Below are positions 5,835 to 12,803 of a stretch of 13,298 nt of DNA, piece by piece. This stretch comes from Nanopusillaceae archaeon (lineage in GTDB: Archaea > Nanobdellota > Nanobdellia > Nanobdellales > Nanobdellaceae). How positions within the stretch are numbered: position 1 is the stretch's first letter; the number at the start of each line of letters is the position of its first letter. Both the position numbers and the translations under genes were made by a program. The DNA is taken from positions 1-13,298 of the forward strand of contig JAWBIX010000008.1 in assembly GCA_038833255.1 (NCBI GenBank), read 5' to 3'. The notes under the pieces are model-generated. The model ran no database searches, was not told where the DNA came from, and was given only the letters and a program-made list of their open reading frames with translations.

Positions 5835-6281
5835 CTATTTAAGGTTCTCTAATACTTCTCCTATATTCTCTTTTGATTGTTCTAATCTTTGCTTTATTTC
5901 TTCAAGTTTATTTACTTCATTTTCTTTAATACTTTTTATTTCATTAACTAAATTTTCAATTTCTTTTAATTTTACTTTCAATTTTTCCAATAAATTCAAA
6001 ACTTTTTTATAATTATCTAATTTTACATATATTTCTGGAGATTCTTTTTCTATTGTAGTTTTGATACTTTCTTTTTCTACTAAAGTAGCTTTTTCTTCTT
6101 CTTTCTGTAATGGTAATGGTCTAATTTGCTCGAAAGATACTGTTTCCAAAGGCTCTTTTATTTCTTTTTCTATTGGTTTTTCTAAAAATTCACTCTTAAT
6201 ACTTTCTAAATCCTTTAAAAAATCTAATTCATCTTCTTTCTTCTCTTTTTCTTTAGATTTCTTTAAGATACCCAATACCAT
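5835..6281 (-). CDS. Hypothetical K/E-rich coiled-coil protein (148 aa)
   Basis: The N-terminus is MVLGILKKSKEKEKK, followed by an acidic P/E/K-rich linker. The C-terminal ~65 aa (IYVKLDNYKKVLNLLEKLKVKLKEIENLVNEIKSIKENEVNKLEEIKQRLEQSKENIGEVLENLK) have clear heptad periodicity. A TATA-like box lies at the right distance for a leaderless start. The antisense ORF (6061..6285) is low complexity. I recognised no family. Confidence 0.6.
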   Translation of the reverse strand: MVLGILKKSKEKEKKEDELDFLKDLESIKSEFLEKPIEKEIKEPLETVSFEQIRPLPLQKEEEKATLVEKESIKTTIEKESPEIYVKLDNYKKVLNLLEKLKVKLKEIENLVNEIKSIKENEVNKLEEIKQRLEQSKENIGEVLENLK

Positions 6282-6301
6282 ATAAAGTAATTGTCTTTCT
6301 A

Positions 6302-6309
6302 TATATAAA
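6302..6309 (-). promoter_or_regulatory. Putative TATA box for the 148-aa ORF (leaderless geometry)
   Basis: The reverse strand reads TTTATATA, followed by exactly 20 nt and then the ATG at 6281. The box centre is therefore about -25 from the start codon. It lies in the 34-bp spacer after the leuS stop. Confidence 0.3.
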
Positions 6310-6315
6310 AATTTT

Positions 6316-9171
6316 TTAGTTTATTATTATTGCGGGCTTTCCAGGCATAGATCTTTTGGCTTTTAAGTTAGTACTTTCTTCTTCTTTTAATATATTAACT
6401 CTACATTTGAATTCTTTTTCTAGCAACATCTTTAATTCTTCAATTAATTGTAATTCTTCATTATAATTTAAGTAAGATGAAAATATATGCATATTATCTT
6501 TTAATTTTATAATATATTCTCTAAAGTCTTTGTACTGTTCTAATAGTTCATCAAAACTTTTTCCTTTTTTAACTAATTCTAATATATCATATTTCTCTTT
6601 TCTTGCTACAATTATATTGATTTCTTGAATTGTTTTTTTATTTAAAATTTCCATAATTTTTATTATATCCTCTCTAATATTTTTTGCTAAAGATTCTCTT
6701 AGTTTTAATAATTCTAATGTTTTTTCATCAATTTCTTTTATATCTGGCCATTTTAAGTTAAGAGGATCTTTTCCAATTTTTTCAAATATCTCAGAAATTA
6801 TATGTGGAACTATTGGATACAATGCTAGAGATTTAAATTCTATATATTCTTTGATTATTTCTCTATGAGGAACTTCCACTCTCTTCAAATACCAAGAAAA
6901 TTCATTATCTAATTCATATATTTTGTTTATAATATTTCTTGTGTTTAACTTCTCATATTCTTTTTCTATCTCTGTTATAATCTCGTATAAAATAAGTCTA
7001 AACCAAAGATCTACTTTATTAATTTCTCCATCTCTTCCTGTGTTATATTTATTTATACAAAAATCATACCAAGAATATAAATAATTTTTAATATGTTCAA
7101 TTTTAGATAATTCTATATTTGCATCATCAAGTCCAGAATTTCCAGCATATGCTAATAAAAATCTTATACAATCTATACTATATTTTTCATAAGCATCTTT
7201 CATAGAAATGTAATTCCCTAGAGATTTAGACATCTTTTTCCCATCAGATAAAACCCAACCATTTATTAATATTCCTTTTGGCCATAAATTTTCTGGAAAT
7301 ATTGCACAGTGATGAAATATAAAAAATACAAAATGATTTCCAATTAGATCTTTTCCAGAAGTTCTAATATCTAAGGGATACCAATATAGAAATTCTTCTC
7401 TCATTTTTTTAGCAATATTTCCATATTTTTTTATTATCTCTTCTTCATCTCCCAAACCTAAAAAAACATAGTCAAATAAAGAATAATCAATCTTTTCTGG
7501 TGGAATTTCTTTTAGTAAATGAAATATTGTATAAAGAGCCATATATATTGTAGAATCGGATAGAGATTCTAATGTCCAATTATCATCCCATGGCAAAGTG
7601 GATCCTAATTCCCTTTGATGGGTAAACGCCCAATCTTTATACCAATCAACATATTCATGCAACAATTTTTTAACTTCTTCAGGGTAAATCTCCATTTTAT
7701 CTATACATTCATGTGCTTTCTTTTTCCATTCAACATCAGAATATTTTAAAAACCATTGATCTTTTACAAGACCAACAACTACCTTGTTATTATATCTAGA
7801 TGGAAATCTAATTGGAACTGTATAATGTTTTATTGCAATACCTTTTTCTATTAATTCTTTTTCAAAATCTTCTTTAAATTCTACAATCTTTTTTCCAGCA
7901 TATTTTCCATATATCTCTTTAGCAACACCATTATAAAATTCTTTATTATATATCTTTTTGGTAATTTTAATTAATTTTTCCTTTTCATTTTGTGATTTTA
8001 TGTTTTCCTTTTCAACTTCATCTTTTGCAGGGTATTCAGAATAATCATCTAATTTAAATAAAGATTTCATATTTTTCAAACATTCCTCAGCAATTTCTTT
8101 AAATCTAGGATCTTTTAATAAATCTAAAAGAGCGATATAGTCAAAAGGGGCGTCTGATGGAACAGACATCACAATTCCTGTTCCTATTTCTGGATCTAAA
8201 AATTCAGCTGGTAATATAGGAACTTTTTCATTAGTTAAAGGATTTATTACTTTTTCTCCGATTTCTATAAAATCTTTAAATAATCTTTCCTTCGATATTT
8301 TTTTAAGAACTATAACATTATGGTTTTGTGCTCTTAATTCTTCAATTACTATAGAATCTGGTAGAATCCAAAATTCGGAATCAACTTTAGCAATTACATA
8401 GTCTATGTTAGGGTTTATCCATATATTAGTTACACCATATATGGTTTCTGCTCTTAAAGTATAACATGGAAAAACAATATAATCTTTAATTTCTATATCC
8501 TTTATATATTTATCCCAAGTTTTCCAGTAAAATTTTATTATCAGTCCTTCTTCATATGATATTCCAGCGAATTCGTCGGCTCTATCATGATCCCCAACAA
8601 TAATTTTTGTTTTAGGATCTATAATTACAGGATGTTCACCTTTAGTTATTAAACCTTTTTCTTTTAATTTGTTATATTGCCATTTTACGAATTTATCATA
8701 CCAAGGATTTAAGTAAGTTGTATAAAATTCTCTTCTCCAATCAATAGAAAATCCAAATTTTTTGAAATATTCTCTATTTAATTGCATAAAGTATATAGCC
8801 CAACCTTCAGGGCTTTTTAATTTTTCAAAATCAGATTCTGGAATACCATCGGCTTTAAGATCTTTTATAATTTTTTGATCCCCCTCTTTTAATCTATATG
8901 CTTTTGAAATTATTGGAGAACCGGTTAAATGCCATCCCTGTGCCCAAAGAACATTAAATCCTTTTAACCTTTTGTATCTAGCTAGAAAATCTCCTCTTGC
9001 AAAAGTATAAGCATTTCCTAAATGTAATAAACCAGATACATATGGATAAGGAACAGTTATAAAAAATTTTGGTTTATCTTTGTCTATTTCCGGACAATAA
9101 CATTTTTTTTCTTCCCAAATTTTTTGCCATTTTTCTTCTATATTTTTAAAAAATTCAAAAGAAGAGTTCAT
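6316..9171 (-). CDS. leuS: Leucyl-tRNA synthetase, archaeal/eukaryal type
   Basis: 951-aa ORF that appears collinear, by recall, with Pyrococcus-type LeuRS. The N-terminus has IEEKWQKIWEE. The HIGH region reads PYVSGLLHLGNAYTF. The CP1 editing blocks are TLRAETIYGVTNIWINP and MSVPSDAPFDYIAL. KMSKS is present as GKKMSKSLGN. The archaeal C-terminal tail is MPGKPAIIIN. Confidence 0.95.
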   Translation of the reverse strand: MNSSFEFFKNIEEKWQKIWEEKKCYCPEIDKDKPKFFITVPYPYVSGLLHLGNAYTFARGDFLARYKRLKGFNVLWAQGWHLTGSPIISKAYRLKEGDQKIIKDLKADGIPESDFEKLKSPEGWAIYFMQLNREYFKKFGFSIDWRREFYTTYLNPWYDKFVKWQYNKLKEKGLITKGEHPVIIDPKTKIIVGDHDRADEFAGISYEEGLIIKFYWKTWDKYIKDIEIKDYIVFPCYTLRAETIYGVTNIWINPNIDYVIAKVDSEFWILPDSIVIEELRAQNHNVIVLKKISKERLFKDFIEIGEKVINPLTNEKVPILPAEFLDPEIGTGIVMSVPSDAPFDYIALLDLLKDPRFKEIAEECLKNMKSLFKLDDYSEYPAKDEVEKENIKSQNEKEKLIKITKKIYNKEFYNGVAKEIYGKYAGKKIVEFKEDFEKELIEKGIAIKHYTVPIRFPSRYNNKVVVGLVKDQWFLKYSDVEWKKKAHECIDKMEIYPEEVKKLLHEYVDWYKDWAFTHQRELGSTLPWDDNWTLESLSDSTIYMALYTIFHLLKEIPPEKIDYSLFDYVFLGLGDEEEIIKKYGNIAKKMREEFLYWYPLDIRTSGKDLIGNHFVFFIFHHCAIFPENLWPKGILINGWVLSDGKKMSKSLGNYISMKDAYEKYSIDCIRFLLAYAGNSGLDDANIELSKIEHIKNYLYSWYDFCINKYNTGRDGEINKVDLWFRLILYEIITEIEKEYEKLNTRNIINKIYELDNEFSWYLKRVEVPHREIIKEYIEFKSLALYPIVPHIISEIFEKIGKDPLNLKWPDIKEIDEKTLELLKLRESLAKNIREDIIKIMEILNKKTIQEINIIVARKEKYDILELVKKGKSFDELLEQYKDFREYIIKLKDNMHIFSSYLNYNEELQLIEELKMLLEKEFKCRVNILKEEESTNLKAKRSMPGKPAIIIN

Positions 9172-9196
9172 ATTTCTAAATTATAACTAGAACATA

Positions 9197-9206
9197 TTTT
9201 TAAAAA
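9197..9206. promoter_or_regulatory. Palindromic T5A5 element, a candidate shared bidirectional TATA box for leuS and rps3ae
   Basis: TTTTTAAAAA is centred at 9201.5. That is 30.5 bp from the leuS ATG (9171, - strand) and 27.5 bp from the rps3ae ATG (9229, + strand). The whole spacer is 57 bp and has no SD-like motif. Confidence 0.3.
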
Positions 9207-9228
9207 TTATTTATTAATGATTGTATAA

Positions 9229-9822
9229 ATGGCATATAATAAAAAATATGCTGACTGGTCAAAAAAAGTTTGGATAGAAGTATATGCTCCTCAAAAAGTA
9301 TTTGGTGGTGTTTTATTAGGAGAGACAATAGTAAATAAAGAGGAGGAAAATAAAGCAATTAATAGAACCATTGATTTAAATTTAGCATTTTTAACAGGAA
9401 ATTTTAAATATCAAAATTATAAAGCTATATTTAAAATTGTATCTTTTTCTGGTGGAAAATATTATACTGAACTAAAAGAACTTGCATTATATGAAGCGTA
9501 TGTAAGAAGAATAGTTAAAAAAGGGACATCTAGAATAGACGATTCTTTTATTGTAAAGACCATAGATAATATAAATGTTAGAATAAAACCCCTTATTATT
9601 ACAAGATATAAGGCAAATAGGAAACAAAAAGCCAGTATAAGAAAAACATGTAAAGAATTTTTGCAAAATAGAATTCAAAGTTTAGAATTTTACGATTTAA
9701 TTAACAAAATAATAAATTATGAAATTCAAGATGAACTTAAAACAATACTTAACAAAATTTTTCCAATTGACAAAGTAGAAATAAGAAGGTTAATAAGATT
9801 GGAGGAAGCTAAAAAATCTTAA
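9229..9822 (+). CDS. rps3ae: 30S ribosomal protein S3Ae (eS1)
   Basis: 197-aa ORF. The blocks KKVWIEVYAPQKVFGG, TGNFKYQNYKAIFKI, EAYVRRIVKKGTSRIDD and a C-terminal FPIDKVEIRRL match the conserved layout of archaeal S3Ae (W..Y.I.AP..FGG ... R.L.RR..TRID ... YP...EIRK). Confidence 0.9.
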   Translation: MAYNKKYADWSKKVWIEVYAPQKVFGGVLLGETIVNKEEENKAINRTIDLNLAFLTGNFKYQNYKAIFKIVSFSGGKYYTELKELALYEAYVRRIVKKGTSRIDDSFIVKTIDNINVRIKPLIITRYKANRKQKASIRKTCKEFLQNRIQSLEFYDLINKIINYEIQDELKTILNKIFPIDKVEIRRLIRLEEAKKS

Positions 9823-10967
9823 CTTTTTATTTCTATTATAAATCCTTTTAAATATTCTAATTCTTTATGTGGATGAATTATTTTATGATCTAGAGCTTGT
9901 CCCAATCTTTTTACAATTTCAAATTTTTTGTTTTTTCTTCTTATTATTGTTTTAAGAATAGATAAAAATTTATTTTCTTTTAAATCTTGAGAACAAGAAA
10001 AGGTAATTAAAAATCCTTCATCTATTAAATCTATTGCCATAGCATTTATTATTGTAATATTTTTAATTCCCTTTTCATATCCTTCACTTAATAAATCTGG
10101 AGGGTCTAAAATTACAATATCGTACTTCTTTTTTTCTTTAGTTAAATTTTTTAATACATTATAAGCATTATCACAATATATAGAGAAATTTTCTATCTTA
10201 TTTATTTCTAAATTCTTTTTTAATAGTTCTACAGCATTTTTATTTTTTTCTATGAATGTTTTTTTATCAGAATTTACACAAATTCCTAAAGATCCAGAAT
10301 ATGAAAATACATCTAAAACATTTTCAGCATGCAAATTTGATAGTATTTTTCTGTTTTCTCTTTGATCCAAGAACCATCCTGTTTTTTGTCCTAATGTTAT
10401 ATTTACAAAAAAATTTTTATTACATTCTTCTATAATAGTTTCATAGTTTTCTCCATAAAGAAACCTTTCTACAGGTTTTAATCTAGCAATTTCTCTATTT
10501 TTTCCTATACTTTTTTCATATATTGTTATATTTTTTCCTTCACATTCAATTAATGCTTCTTTGACAAATTCTATATTTTTATCAAAAAAAGGATTTACAT
10601 TTTGTAAAACATATATTTCATTATACTTATCAATTATTAATCCAGAAACAAAATCAGATTCAGAATAAAGAAGTCTAAAATGATTTTTATATCCAATTTT
10701 TTCTCTAAATTTTTTGGCCTCTTTAATTTTTTTCTTTAAATCATCAACAGGTTCATAGTTTTCTTCATAAGAAAGAATTCTTATATAATGTTTTGGATCT
10801 AAGAGATTAATAGTAGCCCAAGCAACAAAAGAATTTCCATACATAAGTTTTACTAAATCGCCAGACTTTCCTTCTATTTTTTTTATCGAATTTGTAGAAA
10901 AAACCTGTTTACCAGATTTTATTGCCCTTTTTACTTTTTCTTTTATTTTTATTTCCTTAAATTGCAT
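9819..10967 (-). CDS. Class I SAM-dependent RNA m5C methyltransferase with N-terminal PUA-like domain (RlmI / COG1092-like)
   Basis: 382-aa ORF. The N-terminal PUA-like segment is KRAIKSGKQVFSTNSIKKIEGKSGDLVKLMYGNSFVAWA. The SAM motif I reads VLDVFSYSGSLG. Motif IV is IVILDPPDL. The catalytic-Cys motif is ITFSCSQ. The stop overlaps the rps3ae stop by 4 bp (convergent). Confidence 0.8.
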   Translation of the reverse strand: MQFKEIKIKEKVKRAIKSGKQVFSTNSIKKIEGKSGDLVKLMYGNSFVAWATINLLDPKHYIRILSYEENYEPVDDLKKKIKEAKKFREKIGYKNHFRLLYSESDFVSGLIIDKYNEIYVLQNVNPFFDKNIEFVKEALIECEGKNITIYEKSIGKNREIARLKPVERFLYGENYETIIEECNKNFFVNITLGQKTGWFLDQRENRKILSNLHAENVLDVFSYSGSLGICVNSDKKTFIEKNKNAVELLKKNLEINKIENFSIYCDNAYNVLKNLTKEKKKYDIVILDPPDLLSEGYEKGIKNITIINAMAIDLIDEGFLITFSCSQDLKENKFLSILKTIIRRKNKKFEIVKRLGQALDHKIIHPHKELEYLKGFIIEIKS

Positions 10968-12300
10968 AATTTACTGCATAAATAAGATATAAAATTCCAT
11001 CACTTATTTTACCCATATTAATTAAATCCCTACCATATACGAAATAATTATAGGATGTGATAGAAAAACCATTTTTTTCATATAAATAGTTTAAATAGTT
11101 CTCTACACTGTCCAAAAATAAACTTATATCTATATCATAATTTAAAAGAAATTCATAGTATATTCTTGACAAAAGTTCTCTTTTTTCGAAACAAGAGATT
11201 TCTTGAGAAAAATCTTTATTAAGGATGTATCCCATAATTTTGTAATCCTCTTCTATAATTTTACAAGTATCTTTTCTTTCGATATCTTTTAATTTTTCAA
11301 GCATTTTATACCATCCCTTCGCAGTATAGAATCTCCAATATTTTTTATTTAAATCCAATATTTCTTTGCTCATATTAATTCTTAGTAGAGCTTGAAATTT
11401 AAGCTCCTCACAATTATAGCTATTACATTTATAGTTTATCAATAATTTTTCTAACTCAGCTATTTCGCTTTCTAAATCAGCTAAAGATATATTGCTAATT
11501 TTATATTCTTCCGACTTTTTAATAAAACATAGACTAGCTGCAGTATAAAAAGAACTATTTTTAATAAATGCATCTATATCTCTATCATCAATATCTTTGC
11601 AAATATCTAGTGCTATTTCTTTTAACACATCGAAGTATTCTTTTGGAATCTCAAATTTTTTTAAATATTTTTTTATATCGCTTCTTAACAGTTTTGCTAT
11701 ATCTAATATAGTATAGATTTGTATTATCTCATTAGAATAGTTTGATGGTGCTAAAAGAGTTAAATTTTTTAGCTTTGATGCTTCCAATTTTTCTTTAATT
11801 CCACTTACAGGAAATATTAGACCATTTGGTAATATAAAACCAGTTACAGATATGTTATTAAGAAAGTTCTTGTTTGGTAAATAAAAATAAGATACTATTA
11901 AAGTTGCAAGTCCTGCAGTTCCAGAAAAACCTTCACCAATGAAATAATCTTTTGTATAAAATAAATAATCATATAAATTACAATTTTCCAATAATTTGCA
12001 AGCTGCTAACTTAGCTATAGCAAATGATAGTTGATAATTAGAAGAAAAAACATTTGGAATCTCTATGAAAACCCTTCCAGCACCTTTTATAACTTTTAAA
12101 CAAAACATAGTAATTACTCCTCTATTTCCAGAGACAGCAGGGATATTGATGCATTTTTCAGCGATTTCTATTTTTTTAATAATGTCAAAAAAATAAATTG
12201 TTATAAATAACGCTGTTATGAATAATATTGTCAAAAGATATAATACAAATTCTTTAATAATATTCTTCGTCATTATTATGTTATAATTTCGGAAATACAT
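10957..12300 (-). CDS. Membrane-anchored Lon-like (S16-type, ATPase-less) serine protease domain protein with an uncharacterised helical, TPR-like C-terminal half
   Basis: 447-aa ORF with an N-terminal TM anchor (aa ~17-38, FVLYLLTILFITALFITIYFF). Residues ~50-190 follow the archaeal stand-alone Lon_C-like pattern: IPAVSGNRGVITMFCLKVIKGAGRVFIE, then GEGFSGTAGLATL (Ser126, 11925..11923), then VTGFILPNGLIFPVSGIKEKLEASK (Lys169, 11796..11794), then LLAPSNY. Residues 200-447 are helical with no motif I recognise. The start could alternatively be Met10 (12273). The ORF overlaps the methyltransferase start by 11 nt. Confidence 0.7.
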   Translation of the reverse strand: MYFRNYNIIMTKNIIKEFVLYLLTILFITALFITIYFFDIIKKIEIAEKCINIPAVSGNRGVITMFCLKVIKGAGRVFIEIPNVFSSNYQLSFAIAKLAACKLLENCNLYDYLFYTKDYFIGEGFSGTAGLATLIVSYFYLPNKNFLNNISVTGFILPNGLIFPVSGIKEKLEASKLKNLTLLAPSNYSNEIIQIYTILDIAKLLRSDIKKYLKKFEIPKEYFDVLKEIALDICKDIDDRDIDAFIKNSSFYTAASLCFIKKSEEYKISNISLADLESEIAELEKLLINYKCNSYNCEELKFQALLRINMSKEILDLNKKYWRFYTAKGWYKMLEKLKDIERKDTCKIIEEDYKIMGYILNKDFSQEISCFEKRELLSRIYYEFLLNYDIDISLFLDSVENYLNYLYEKNGFSITSYNYFVYGRDLINMGKISDGILYLIYAVNYAI

Positions 12301-12367
12301 AAAATACTATCATTATATTGCTAAATAAGCTATTTAATTTCTATCTTTTAAAGTAACCTAATAAGGA

Positions 12368-12381
12368 TTTTTTGTAAAAAA
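12368..12381 (-). terminator. Oligo-T terminator downstream of tRNA-Ser
   Basis: The reverse strand immediately after the tRNA 3' end reads AAC-TTTTTT-AC-AAAAAA. The T6 run (12381..12376) begins 4 nt after the discriminator base. Archaeal RNA polymerase terminates at oligo-T tracts. The T6/A6 pair can also form a weak hairpin. Confidence 0.35.
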
Positions 12382-12384
12382 GTT

Positions 12385-12469
12385 CGCCGCGGGAGGGATT
12401 CGAACCCTCGCCCCCTTTTCGGGGATCTGGTCTCCAGCCAGACCCCTTGGTCCACTCGGGCACCGCGGC
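12385..12469 (-). tRNA. tRNA-Ser (anticodon GGA), class II with long variable arm, no encoded CCA
   Basis: The reverse complement begins GCCGCGG-UG-CCCGAGUGGACCAAGGGG-U. The anticodon arm is CUGG-CUGGAGA-CCAG. This is followed by A and the variable arm UCCCCGAAAAGGGGGC. The T arm is GAGGG-UUCGAAU-CCCUC. The 3' acceptor strand is CCGCGGC, followed by discriminator G. The anticodon GGA is at 12435..12433. Confidence 0.92.
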
Positions 12470-12506
12470 ATAAAAATATATTAATCTATAACCATTTTAG
12501 TTTTTT

Positions 12507-12713
12507 ATGAAGAAAATAAAAGTATTTATAGAAAGAGATATGAAGGAATTTGAGATAGAATTTAATGGAAAAACAGTTAGAGAACTTTTGGATAATTTAA
12601 ATATTGATTGGTCTAGAGTAGTAGTAATAAAAAACGGGGAAATTGTTACTGAAGATGAAATTATAAATAATAACGATTATATAAAGATTTTTGATGCTGT
12701 TTCAGGCGGTTAA
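12507..12713 (+). CDS. ThiS/MoaD-family ubiquitin-like beta-grasp protein with C-terminal Gly-Gly (candidate small archaeal modifier / sulfur carrier)
   Basis: 68 aa: MKKIKVFIERDMKEFEIEFNGKTVRELLDNLNIDWSRVVVIKNGEIVTEDEIINNNDYIKIFDAVSGG-stop. The length, the (V/I)NGExV core, the (D/N)xDxIxI(F/V)xxVxGG C-terminus and a stop directly after GG are the ThiS/MoaD/SAMP hallmarks. Confidence 0.7.
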   Translation: MKKIKVFIERDMKEFEIEFNGKTVRELLDNLNIDWSRVVVIKNGEIVTEDEIINNNDYIKIFDAVSGG

Positions 12714-12788
12714 CGGGCCCGCGGGGATTTGAACCCCGGACCTACGGCTTAGAAGGCCGTCGCTCTATCCAAGCTGAGCTACGGGCCC
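12714..12788 (-). tRNA. tRNA-Arg (anticodon UCU), no intron, no encoded CCA
   Basis: The reverse complement folds as GGGCCCG-UA-GCUC-AGCUUGGAUA-GAGC-G-ACGGC-CUUCUAA-GCCGU-AGGUC-CGGGG-UUCAAAU-CCCCG-CGGGCCC-G. The anticodon UCU is at 12753..12751. The cloverleaf is canonical. Confidence 0.93.
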
Positions 12789-12803
12789 ATTTTTCATAAA
12801 TTG

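Noticed and set aside
5380-6260. Apparent tandem repeats (ttcttcttc and tttttctttt runs), considered as a possible repeat array or CRISPR-like structure.
   Set aside because: There is no unit of fixed length with unique spacers. The pattern is codon-level low complexity from Glu/Lys-rich coding sequence on the opposite strand. I saw no CRISPR-type repeat-spacer periodicity anywhere in the window.
5835-6281. Identification of the 148-aa protein as the archaeal cell-division anchor SepF, prompted by the MVLGILKK N-terminus and a YVK start to the folded part.
   Set aside because: The C-terminal region is a continuous coiled coil. It lacks the alpha/beta SepF core pattern: there is no G-rich or beta-strand segment, and no (I/V)(I/V)(I/V)xP ending. 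The resemblance is limited to a short basic N-terminus, so no functional name is justified.
12385-12788. The tRNA-Ser ... tRNA-Arg interval, considered as an integrated mobile element using a tRNA attachment site.
   Set aside because: The interval holds only a 68-aa ThiS-like gene. I could find no integrase or transposase, and no duplicated tRNA 3' half or direct repeat. The similarity between the tRNA T-arms (GGATTTGAACCC-type) is ordinary tRNA conservation.
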